A DNA stretch of 64,000 nt, from assembly GCA_973895155.1 (NCBI GenBank), contig OZ316897.1:14631375-14695374 (forward strand). The letters run 5' to 3'. The stretch is from Marsupella aquatica. Its lineage: Eukaryota > Plantae > Marchantiophyta. Positions 50,029 to 62,180 of the stretch are shown one piece after another (within the stretch, counting starts at the first letter, position 1; each line of letters opens with the position of its first letter). A model generated the notes under the pieces. The model saw nothing but the letters and a program-made list of their open reading frames with translations. It was not told the origin of the DNA and made no database searches. The translations under genes were made by a program, and so were the position numbers.

Positions 50029-50256
50029 CACGTGAATGTGACCTATTTTCATGTGAAAAGCATTTAATGGACAACAGAAACACCCAATGAGATGCTCCAA
50101 TCACAATTATCAGTTTCAGCCCAGTGTCCAGCTTGCACGTGGGATAAACTCGCCACTTGGCAGTCGTTCGTAGAGCGTGTCGTGCTTGGTACGAACTTCA
50201 GATGTACACGTGTTAATCCACATGAATTAAGAACCTAAACTCTCCGCTCATATAAG
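50029..50256 (+). promoter_or_regulatory. Putative SPP promoter: three G-boxes (CACGTG) and a TATA-like box
   Basis: CACGTG at 50029, 50136 and 50207; TATAAG at 50251. Confidence 0.5.
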
Positions 50257-50933
50257 AACTGAGACTTTCCGGAAACGATTAGTCGGTGTTCGTCCCAAAT
50301 GCACCAATCCCGGCCGTCGGATCTCGTACCGTTTTTACTTTTGGGATGTTTGCGGTTGCTCGGATCTCTCGCGATAGAAGAGCAGAAGATTTCCGTAGAT
50401 ACCGCTAAGAAGACCTCGAGGGCCGTAGATTCGAATCATCGACGACTGCTGAGCAGAGCTTGAGGACGACTCTTGAAGAGAGGCCCATCGCCCAGATGGG
50501 GAGGGTCCTACCTTTAAGAAGGTGCGCAAGCTCCAAGAGTCCGAGTCCTACCCTCCAGCTGCTTCAGTCGTTCGCGTTCTTGGAATGGAAAGTCCGTCAC
50601 TCCAGTCCTACCCTCCAGACGGTGGTCCCGTATTCTCCAACTCTGACGTCAAATGCCACTGAAAGCTTCGAAGCAGTCGCCCTCCTCATCGTCTCGATCT
50701 CTCCTCTTTTCTTCGAATGGGAGGTGGCAATTGAGGCTGACTACAAGTAATTCGGGAGGCCCGGCGTTCAACGTTTCTCCTCATCAATTTCTGCTCGCTT
50801 TTGGAGCTGAACTCATTTCCCACCTTTGAGCTTTCATCACCCACAATCAGTTCTCTGTGATTTGAGTGTTGATCGGAGGATTGGGAAAGCAGGAGCAGGA
50901 GCAGGAGCAGGAGCAGCTAGCCTTCCAGTAGCC

Positions 50934-53900
50934 ATGGCAATTGGAGTGTCTCCCCGGCTGTTGATCGTGTCGGATCTCGACAACACAATGGTGGGTTTGT
51001 CTGCTCTCCCCCTTCCCCTTCTCCTCCCTGTTTGTCTAGCAGCTTCTTCTTCGACAGATTTGTGTCGGGCGTGTGTTGTGTATCACTCTTTCATCCGTCG
51101 TATGTTTTTTGAACTGTCTGTATATAAGTTTCCGATTGCTGCGTTGAATGATGTGCTTGTTCTTGCGAATGGATTTCTCTCCCTCCGGTCTGAGGAATTC
51201 TGAGCCCTACCGTTCGCCAGCCACCGTTTCAATTGTTAGGGAATTGCCATCAGAGAGGTAGATGATGAGTAGGCTAATAGTATGGCTCCGCGTTGGTCCA
51301 TGTCTTTCGAAGAGTAGGAAAAATTTCACATTTCAAAACTTGCAGTGTGAGATGAGTTTTCCTCCAGGGAAATTTGTAGGGGTTAAAATCCCATTTTGTG
51401 CCAGAGGGTTAGAGTAGCTAGGAAGTGGTGCCCCCCCCATGTGGCTCATCTCATGCTGATGGGTCGAGAGAAAATGCACCTTTGTGTCTCAGCCACTTAC
51501 AAATAGAAATAATCCGGATGCACACAGAAGTGAAGTTCTCGAATTAGAGAAGGCGGATTGGAGGTCAAATACCCCAGAACGGCGCTGCCATAAGAATTTG
51601 TCTTTCATTTGCTCTATATTGAATTCACGTTGCTTCGTTGCCTTCTGACCTTCTTAATTACTACCGATTTTTGAGGGTGTTTGAAACGCAGTAGGCTCCT
51701 TGGGTGACGGTTCCTGATTCTATCCCGATTGTCATCTCTCATTTTGCGTTTCTTGACGTTGTTTTAATCTCAGGTTGATCATCAAGACAAAGAGAATACC
51801 TCCCTTTTACGGTTTGGGTCGCTTTGGGAAGCAGCCTACAGACACGATTCTATGCTGGTGTTTTCAACAGGAAGGTCTCCAATTCTGTACCAGACTCTCA
51901 GAAGTGAAGTGCCACTGCTGACTCCGGACATTGCAATAACGTCGGTTGGGACGGAGATAGTCTATGGAGACACCTTGAAAGCGGACGCTGGCTGGACTGA
52001 GGAGCTGAATCAGGGTTGGGATCGCAATGCGGTGGTTGAAGAGGCCAGCAAACTCGCTTTGAAGTTTCAGGTACAATTTTTCTGTTCCACTTGTTGGTTT
52101 TGTAGTAGTGCTTCAGTGCTATTTCCAGCTGCATTGGAGCACCAAAGAAAGGAACTGTGAAGATCATTCGAGTTCTGGACAGACTTGAATCTGAGAGTGC
52201 ACATGGCAATTCTGACCATGATAATGCCCATGCAGTTGTGAAGCTTAGAGTGCGAGTTTTTTTGTGTACGAAGGATTTCGTTTACTGTTCATGTAGAGGT
52301 TTTTTTTAATATATTTAAACTCAATTTTCGAATTCTAGGTATATTTCTATACCGAGGCAACCAATATGAAAAACCCCTGGAGCAGCTAAATTTCTAGGTT
52401 TTGATCTTAAGTTCCTGGTTCGGTTTCGAAATAGTGCCTCTACTCTCGTGCAGGATGAGTCGGAGCAGAGGCCCCATAAGTTGAGTTTCCATGTCGAGAA
52501 AGCCACGGCAGGGCAGATTGTCGAAGATCTTTCTGAAAAACTGAAGACTCGTGGGGTGAGTACATGTGCGTTCGAGCGTTATAGTCCAATCTTTATTGAT
52601 TTTCTTCCTTGTTCTTGCTGACACGATATTTTGATCGAAGACGGCCTCTACTTTTCGATTTTCATTTCGCTTAGCCTTGCGTTTCAAATTCCATGTATTC
52701 ACTGTTTCTTTGTCGGCAATGAAATATGGCTTACTTCGTCTGAAAGACAAAGAACAGCCCTTCTCAGGCTAGGCATTTATGAGCCAGAGATGATGTCTGT
52801 TGTCCATCCCTGACGTCCTTTAGAGATTCATGCTTTCGAGGTGGGGTTTATGAGGAATGGACACTCAGGTACACATTCTAAGATGATTTCTATTTGGGTT
52901 ACAGGTAAAGGCGAAATTGATTTACAGTGGAGGCCTGGATCTAGATGTACTTCCTCAAGGAGCAGGGAAAGGCCAGGCTCTTGCCTACTTACTTAAAAAA
53001 TTCAAGGCCGAGAATAGATCCCCTGTAAACACTCTTGTCTGCGGAGATTCAGGGAATGATGCGGAGCTTTTTGCGGTTGCAGATGTACATGGAGTGATGG
53101 TAAGATTTTAATTCTAGTAACATACGGCAGGCAATGGTGTGTACAATAAGAGGCAAGAGTGGCCCTCTTGTCTTATAAGTAGCTGCCAAAGATAAGCTGT
53201 CATCTGAATGACTCGTGGCTTTCTTAGGTTGGAAATGCAATGGAGGAGCTAATTCAATGGCATGAGAAACACGCAAAATACAACGCTAAGGTTTTTCGAG
53301 CAACAGAAAGGTGTGCAGCAGGAATCATTCAAGCAATGCAGCACTTCGAGTTTTTCCCCAATATCTCGCCCCGTGACTTAAGCTGGCAAGAGCTGTCTAA
53401 AAAGGATAAACAACCGGAGGATGAGAAGTCCCGAGTCGCATGCGAGATTGTCGAATATCAAGTTTATCTTGAAAATTGGCTCCGGGGGCAAGTTGACAAC
53501 AGTGACAGCGGCTTTTGGCGGTTGAAATACACTTTAGTAAGTGGACTTCTGAAGTTGTGTTGTAAGCCATTGATATGTTTACTGTGCTCAACATTGAATT
53601 TACACGCTTGAGAGAAATGTGGAATGGGTACTATTCTTGTCTTGTGGAGTGCATGCGTTATCACAGGTGCGAGTGACGATGTTGATCAGTGTTAGGTCAG
53701 CAGATCTCCTTATCTTTACTGGATTCACTCTAAATTTTGCATCAGAAGCGCTCGGTCAGAGATTTCTTGTGTTAGGAAATAATTTGTTCTCTAAACATAC
53801 TTCCTGACACTGGTTGCTGCAGGATGAAAAGACCTCCATGGTATTTCCAAACGGAACGGCAGGAAATGCTTATCTTACAATTGATAATGCCAGAAGTTTA

Positions 53901-54680
53901 CACGGAGCTCTACCTCACTTTGTAATTTGGGTGGATCGTGTCCGCATTAGAAAGTTGTCAGAGGGCGCTTGGAGTGTCATATTTGATAAATGGCAAAGAG
54001 CTAGTCCAGGTGAGCTGCACGCTTTAAGCCTACGATGTTATGCTCATATTATTTTCACTCAATTGACCGTAAAGTACAACGTTGAGTTCTGAGGGTATCT
54101 CTACTGTCTGGAGTTGTATGTTCAGGCGACTATGAAATAATTTTGATGTTGTCCTTTCATATGCGACCGAGTCTGTCCTGCTTTGCACCTTCATGGAGTC
54201 GTCTGTTGTACCCCTTCGTTTCTTGGTTGCAATTTTATTATAGCCGGTATGTGAAGTCTATCAGTTGGACGAGAATTCTATGAAGTGTTCGAATTAGTTT
54301 AGAGTTTAGTGTCTGTATTGGGGAAATACTTATTCCGCACATATTTGGCTTGCCACAGCGGAGGAGTTGAATTGCAAAATTTCTTCTGCCGTGCTTGTGT
54401 CGCAGGTAAGTTTTCGTAAGCTGTCTATCGAAATGATATAAAATTAACCAGTACTTTGCTCATTTCTGTGCCTGAAATGCCCTGCAGTACAGCTTGTGTC
54501 GTGCTTACGTGACAAAGAGCCAGCCCTACCAAGCTCATAGGATTTTGAGTATCTTATACCCGACGTCATGACTGAAAGATTGACTTTGTTTGTGATCAGG
54601 GCGGGACTCCGAACGGCTTAAAGTGGCTGCACGTACATGATACTTGGCTAGCAGGTCATGCTGGAAAACCATCAGGCTGA
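50934..54680 (+). CDS. SPP: Sucrose-phosphate phosphatase; exons 50934-50990, 51774-52070, 52454-52555, 52905-53099, 53228-53536, 53823-54009, 54359-54405, 54600-54680
   Basis: HAD motifs [57 protein letters not shown]; S6PP_C end [12 protein letters not shown] introns in frame. Confidence 0.96.
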
Positions 54681-54774
54681 ACAATTGTGGCAACGTCACG
54701 TCTTTGATATTGGGCCTGGAGCCTATGAGCTATTGTTTTGAGGTAGAATTGGAGGGCTTTGCCCTCTTATCCAA

Positions 54775-55262
54775 AATTTTATGGAAGAAGGTGCTGCCAA
54801 GTAGCTGTATCACTAATGTAATTTTGTGTGCCATGTACTGGCATCACTGATTTGGAATGCAACTGGGTGCTGAAGTTGCATGCCATTTGCAGGGAGCGAA
54901 TTGATGCATCCCTGTCTTTTTTCAAAGTTCACGCAATTGCAGGAAGGTGCTTATGGCCTGTAAATTTGGAACTTTTGGTGGATCCTACATTCTTTGGAGA
55001 AATCGAAGTTGATTCAACCAAAATTTCATGAAAGATGGTGCTGCCAAGTAGCTGTATCACTACCATGTAACCTTGCATGCCATTTACTGGCATCACTGAT
55101 TTGAAATGCAACCCGGGTGCTGAAGTTGCATTCCATTTGCAGGGAGCAAAGTGATGCATCCCTGTCATTTTTCAAAGTTCACGCAACTGCAGGAAGCTGC
55201 TTGTGGCCGGTAAATTCTTTTGGTGGATCCTACGTTTTTTAGAGAAAATTGAAGTTGACGCA
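54775..55262. repeat. ~245-bp tandem duplication just 3' of the SPP stop codon
   Basis: GGTGCTGCCAAGTAGCTGTATCACT…GGTGCTGAAGTTGCAT…GGTGGATCCTAC occurs twice. Confidence 0.9.
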
Positions 55263-57807
55263 AAATTGAAGTTGATGCAAACCTTTCTCTGTCACTATTT
55301 TGTTTAATCCATCTCAAGCAAAAATGCCCCAATTCCAGGTATGTTTTATCTCCATGGTTTGCAGAAAGATGTATAGTCAAAGCAATCTCTGCCCTTACTC
55401 TGCAAACATTTCGCATCAAACTTCAAAGGCGGTTGTGAACTCCCATAGGAATGGACTAAGCTTTCCGCCATCTGGGATGGAAAAGTAATGAAACTATTGA
55501 GTTGAAGAACATGACACAACGTGGACAGTTGGCCAGGGAATAAAAATCTGTCAAACTGCAAGGACCAAATTGCCTCAAATGCACAAGGGACACGATTTTA
55601 TACATTAGCCTGACTCAAATTTCACTCTTAATGGATTCAGAATACTATTGTGCCCCTTTTCAGTTCCACCCCCAATAGGAGCTATGTCCCAGTGTCTCAA
55701 TCTAGAGGCTTCGCTGTAGACTGGAGGCCCTTGTCCTAGCTTTCGCTCCCACTTCCAGTTCCTTGTCCAACAGTAGCTGTGCTCCCAGCACCAGTCTAGA
55801 GGCTTCATTCTGGACCATTGGCGTCCCAAGGCTTGATCGCTCTTTATTAGGTAGGTAGGATCCGTAGATCTGATAGACATATGTTATTAATAGAATCCAT
55901 ACATCAGATTCTGGCTAGTAGGCCCTGGGGCTTGGCGGAAACTGGCTAATGGGATTGAAAAATAGTTGCAAAAAATAGCCAAAGCTGGTTTTGGCGAAGG
56001 TGGGTGTTGCTTAAATTCCCCCACTACAAACATCCTGACTACAGTATCCTCTTGCTCCAAAATCTGTACCCTATTCGGAATGCGATCATGTTTTGGCTCT
56101 AGACCTATTTGATCACAGTCCAACCTGGAAATCTAGCGCGCACCTCCCAATCATGATATTAAGAATTACAAATGTTTGATAGCCTGTGGCATAGCATAGG
56201 AGACATTGAGTATGACATGTTTTTCCTTTCATAGTATACCTCATCTTCCAAAAGCTGGCATATTGATAGCTGTGCCTTGTATGGTCCAGCACTTACTAGA
56301 GATCCATCTGCCAGAGAGAATGTATGTGATTGTGAAGCAAGTGTATGAAGTTTGCAAAGAAGAAGCATGGTGTAGTACTTTGACATTCTAGTAATTTTCA
56401 AAGATAGCTTTGAATTGTAACAAAAACAAAGAAAGGTAGCAACTTATGGAATCTAGAATGACTAATTGAAGGCAGAAAAGAAACAATCAACACCAAAATA
56501 GAAAGTGGTGGGGCTCCAAATGGTTGAGGTTGTCTTGATTGACACACATGATTGCAAATGGAGGGTCTGCCTGCAACTCCAGTCAAACAACACATCCATT
56601 GAGCAGAAGGGTGGCCATCGTCAGAATTTACACCCATATTTGCCACTGAATGTTTGCTGAACAATGAGGTTTGAGATGCCCTATTGATAACTGGTGGTCT
56701 TTGTTTACTCAGCAGTTAAAATAGCTTGGCCAGTTCAGGCCAGCCATTTTACTGTTATGGCCAAATTTTACTCCAGATTTCCTCTACTAGCACTACTGAA
56801 AGATAAAATAACATTTGGTGACGACACAATGCTAAGTACCTCCCTAGATGAAGGAGCTAGTGGTTTAGATTTAACCTCGAAAGTCCTTGCTCATGCTTGA
56901 ACTACTAAAGCATCCTTCACAAAAGTAAACGACATTCCCAAAAGTGATAGATTGTCACTCATGCCCTTGCTCACGCCCAAACTTGCTACTTAAAGTGTCT
57001 TTCAAAGTGAAATGTCTCCCCAAAAGTGATAATTTGTTACTCACTTGCTACTTAAAATGTTTTTCACAAAGTCAAATGTCCTCCCCAATAGTGATAATTT
57101 GTTACTCACGCCTAAACTACTCAGATGTGCATCACAAAAGTAAAACATCTGCTGGCATATGGTTCATAATATCTGATCAATTTTGTGCTCCTAGGAAGTG
57201 GAACAAATGCTATTACAGAAATCTTTAAAAAAAATTAATGCATAATAGGTTGGACATGGGAGAACAGTTTGGTACAATTGAAGATTAAACAAAGATCCAA
57301 ATTTATCCAAAGCAATGTCTGGCTGCCAAAACCCAACTTTTTACAATTGATGGGCTTACCTGGAAAAACTACTTGTGGAGTCCTTCTCAAAAGTGAAGTG
57401 TCCTTCCAAAAATCAGTTGGCCTCTTTTTCTTTCTAGCTGATAACTATAGATAATTCACGAGGGATGGGCTGGACAAACCCTTTGGTCCTTCTGGAGTAA
57501 TATATTATATTTGGTCATAATTTTAATGAATACCAGTCTTAATGCTCCAGCTTTGCTCTTAATAGAGGACGAGGATCATTGTGCCCTTCCCAGTTCCATG
57601 CCCACTGGTAGGTGTGCCCAAAAGCCTACCTTATCCTATCTTCAATCACACTTTACCAGGGCGTTTGAGAACTCAATTTGCGGGCCTCAGTTATAGTTAA
57701 AGCTTAATCCCAATATTACAGTATGTTACGGCCTAACCTCTGGCTCAATTGTATGTCTCATTCCCTTCCCTGCCATCACCTCCAATGCAATACACAGGGC
57801 CACGTTA

Positions 57808-58150
57808 TGTTGAGCATAGACGATAATCGCAACGGTAAGCACATGACACATCCAACGATCAAGTAGTCGACACAAGAGATACATGGTTCACCTCCTCGAG
57901 GCTACGTCCACGGGAACACACAAGAGAGCTTTACTGAACTCTAACCCCGTCGGCCATACCAAGTCTCCACAGTGTAAGCTCTCCTCATCTCTCAAGTGGC
58001 TCCATAACAATGAGCCTAAGTTCCACTTATCCAAGCAAACACCGCTTGGCATATAGTGTGCATCCTAGTTAACCTAACCATGTCTTTGACTACGGTTAGT
58101 CTAACTACGGTTACATGTTGTAACCCTAGACCTTGAGTAAATACCTAACA
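57808..58150 (-). mobile_element. Solo LTR of the 1-2495 copia family
   Basis: TG…CA ends, perfect 5-bp TSD CGTTA (57803-57807, 58151-58155). Reverse-complement similarity to 2151-2495, e.g. TGTGTTCCCGTGGACGTAGCCTC. Confidence 0.93.
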
Positions 58151-58779
58151 CGTTAGGTTTCATGCCCAGCTGCCTTCCAATTGTCATCCCCAAATTCCAG
58201 TGAATAAAACAAACTTGTCCATGCCCAACTGCCTTTCAATTATCATCCCCTAATTCCAGGGATTGAAGAAAATGTTGCATTGTATCCAACACATTGAGAG
58301 TGTTACTTAATTGCACTTTTTTGGATTTCCAGATCTCTTAAAGATCTCCATATTCACAAGCTACAGTCCCAAAAATTTGAGCAATATTTGTGCCTAAAGT
58401 TTACAGACCGTGGTAACTTTTATTGGTTAAGTCTTGAGGCTACAGGCTTTCTTCACAGGAGCCAAAGATTGGCTTCACACAACTTGTATGGGTATTCACA
58501 TAAGTCTGAAGTTATCGACTACCTTGGTATCATTGAGTTCTGAGGTGACTACAGTTTGCTAGTGTACTGCAGTACTTCTCCAGAGGTCTGAAAGCTGGGT
58601 GGCCAGCAATATGGAATGTGGGGCACTGCAAATGGCCGACTATGAAAGCAATGAAAGTTTGGTGGCCTGCAATATGGAATATGGGGTACCACATATGGAT
58701 AACCACACATCAACCAAGATGAGCACAAAGGAGAAGAACAAACTATGACAGTCTCCTACACTCAGTAGTACTCCAGTTG

Positions 58780-61040
58780 GAAAAGGAATTGACAAGATTG
58801 CTCATTCCAAGGGATATGTCAAGGATGTATTTGCTTGGATTACACCAAGCTGAAGGGCATAGTACAAACCATTGAAATAATTAAATCATACAAGACTCAA
58901 ACCAAGGACAATTCCTGTACAAGCACAGAGGTGCAGGATGAACCCCCGGATGAACCATGACTACCCAAACCAAGTTAGAAGAAGAAATTCATCATCCAAA
59001 AGATGCTAAAATTATGAGCCTTGTAAACCATTTTACTTGGCTCTCGTGAATTGTTGCATTGCCCCATAAGAATGGTAAGTTGGGATGCATTGATGTTAAA
59101 AACTGAAATGACAAACTACGAAGGATTGTCCGCTTCCAGTACCTTTCTTAGAAGCAATATTGGATGAAGTCCTTGGAAAGGGTGTTCATTCCTTTATGAA
59201 GGGTTTACTGGATATAGTCAAATAAGGTTATCCCAAGAAGGAAGAGAGTTCAATAAGCTCATTATGGAATTAATCCGTGGACCCCCATGTTATTTTAGAG
59301 ACAGTTATCTACAAACTAAAGCCTAGATGGACCTCCAAATCTAAAGATTTTTTTTTTCAAAAATGGACAAGTCAATGTTTGACACTTGAAACAATGATCA
59401 AACTTACCAAGGATACCACAATTTACATCAATCACAAAATCAGCTGCAATGTGAACTACTGTTTAATGTGTGGGTAGCTTAATTGCCCACTTCAGCAAAA
59501 CGGTGCTTGATGATTTCCTCCACGGTACCGAAAGGATGCTGGATGCACTCAAGTTGCATCGAAAGTAATCACTTTTCAATTCCTGGGAAAGGCGAAGAGA
59601 GAGAAGTCATAGTGTCATCAAATCACTAACTTCGCATAATTGTTTAAGACAAAATGTTTCATGGAAACAAATCTCCTTACTACTTGATAAAATCTGTCAA
59701 TTTTAGGTTCATTCTCATGGAAGGGGTACAACAAAGATTTATATTCGCGTTAGAGATTATAAAATCATGGGCAAAATCTATTTTTTAAAATTATTTACTT
59801 AATTCATTCCGAATGGTGACAATGCTGAGCTCATTAGGATCGTCTCTTCAAGATCTTTCCAACGCCATATTATACATGAGTTTTCATTATGATTTGACTC
59901 AGCAATGTCAAATCAAAAATTGCTATCGGGAAAATTTTATGTTTTGAATAAAATCAAAATGTAAATAAAACCTTTTACTGGAAGCAGTTTTATCTCAATC
60001 TTTTTGTCTTTTGATTTGCATGTCAGTTATTTTTACATTCTTTTTTACGGCATGGTGTCCAGATTTTTACAGCAAAGTTGCCACAAACACAAATGTAGAA
60101 GTTCTTTTTATCCAAAAACAAGTCTCTTCCTGTTTGCAGCGTGTCATGATGATGTGCCGCTGTGGAGCCAGGAATTTTGGAAAGGACCTCTAATGGGGCT
60201 ACGTAATGAGGGATGTTCAATGTAATATCTTTCCAATTGTATTATATAACCAGCCAAGTACATTTCAAAGACTGAAGATGATGCTTTCTCACCAGTACCC
60301 GGGACCAGTACTTCAATAAGTTCACCCAGAATGATATTTTCAGACAAATTTTCAGTATATGGAAAAGGGGAGAACATAGGAACAATTAAAACTCTGTTAA
60401 TCTGACATAGAGAAGGGAGAGCCAGTCTTAATTGATCAAAATGTCAGGTTCTTCATTTGTCTAAAAAACTATTAGCACAAATTGTATTTCGTCTAAGAAA
60501 CTATTAGCACATATAGTGTCAAAACTGAGATTATTGACGATCCTGATGCAATCAAGGTGATCAAAGAGATACCTGCTCCAACATGTGCTATTCAAGTAAG
60601 AAGATTTTTGGGATCTGGTGAGTTTTACCCACACTACATTCAAGGAGTTGCAGATATAAACTCATTCAGGCTGCATTTTTGTGCGGGCCAAAATATCAAA
60701 AAGCATTTGACACTCTTACAGAAGGGCCATTTTATTGCCCTAGGCCTTGTAAATCTAACTATATTTACAATTGTGAAGAGGAGTAGAATAAGGGTTATGC
60801 TCTAAAGTGAAACTTTGACAGTAGAATGTGTCTCTAGCCAAGCATGGGCAGAAACATACCATCATGGGGGTGTGAAATGAAACCAGTTCCTGTGTGTTCT
60901 CCCCAAATATTTGTGGATGGGCACTAGGCTAGTGACCAAGTTTCAAACACAAAGTAATGAATGAGAAGGAACAAAAGAGTACCAAGAGAAATTTGAACAA
61001 AAAGTGCAGTTTATTTCAAAAAGGCTTTCTATTAATGGAG
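58780..61040 (+). mobile_element. Degenerate Gypsy RT remnant (copy B of the duplicated block), with a ~930-bp insertion at 59275-60203
   Basis: PLPVPFLEAILDEVLG…GYSQI-like RT segment at ~59130-59225 and ORF 60557..60805 (VRRFLG). Collinear with 38350-39230. The insertion is bounded by TAAT repeats and weak IRs CCGTGGACCCC / GGGGCTACG. Confidence 0.65.
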
Positions 61041-62004
61041 GAGTGGTTGTAAAGATAGCACTAGCCTGATTCTGTGTTCCTTGAACAGAACTAGAGGTGA
61101 GGACCAAAAAAAATATTTTGCCAAACGAGGAAGCCCGACTGGTTTGCTTTCATTTCTCCTGATCTCTGTTTTTTTCTGGACCGTCACTTTCAGTTATGCC
61201 CTTAGTTAGAGTGGGACTCCACCCTCACTTTAAGTTGTGCACTTAGTTAGATGGTTCATCTCTCCCCTGAGCTCTAAGTTTTTTTGTCTCCACTTCATTT
61301 GTATAATTTGCCCTAACAATAATGTGCCCTAACAAGGTGAGTTGATTGTCATTACCTAGAAGCAAATGAAAATTTATACTATATGTGCACAACTCTTTAG
61401 TACCTTGGTACTTTCTTGGTCATAATGTGCTTTTCTTTGCATGTGAACTTATGGTTTTGTGTGTTATGTCACTCACTCTTCTTGGTATATTCCTTACATG
61501 TACTTATTTCATTTATCATAAAATGAATTACATATCACTACAAGACAAAAAAAGAGTCATGTTCCAGGATGAACATGCTATATAAAATGCAAAAGGAAGC
61601 TAGAGTTGAGATCTAGGTTTCTAGAGTGAAAACTCTCTACCTTGAGAGTAGGGTCCCACCATAATATATGTGCATGAAAAGGAGGCTGCTATGATATGTA
61701 TGATTCTTAAAATGATGAGGCTCAGACATGATTATTATTTTAATCATTTCATTAACCTTAAAAAAATGAGAATAGTACATATATATTGCTGACATTTTAT
61801 TGTACTCCTCTATTCATGTGCAAAGAAGAACTGAAATAGTAAATATATATTGGTGGCACTTTTATTATGCTCTCCTCTATTACTCTCATCTATTCATGTT
61901 TAGTAAATATATATTGGTGGCACTTTTATTATCCTCTCCTCTATTACTCTCCTCTATTCATGTTCAATACTCTATGCATGTCCAAAGAACGGGCAGTTAG
62001 GGCT

Positions 62005-62180
62005 AGTTTTCATTCATTCATCGTGCATTCAATCCCGATTTGTCATTTCTCCTTATTGCTGTGGTTGGTTTGTTCTTTTAATCTCAGGTTGATCATCGAG
62101 ACAAAGAAAACACCTCCCTCTTACGGTTTGTGGTACCCCTTTTCAAAAGAAGCCTCTGGAAAGTATCCAATTCTATACTA
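62005..62180 (+). pseudogene. Second decayed fragment of SPP intron 1 / exon 2
   Basis: TTTTAATCTCAGGTTGATCATCGAGACAAAGAAAACACCTCCCTCTTACGGTTTG matches SPP 51762-51817. Truncated by the LINE. Confidence 0.85.

Noticed and set aside
50653-50829. 58-codon upstream ORF in the SPP leader
   Set aside because: The TSS is unknown and there is no conservation evidence; uORFs are common in long leaders.
20063-54680. Metabolic gene cluster (MVD, SPP, protease, SAM50)
   Set aside because: The genes belong to unrelated pathways; this is an ordinary neighbourhood.
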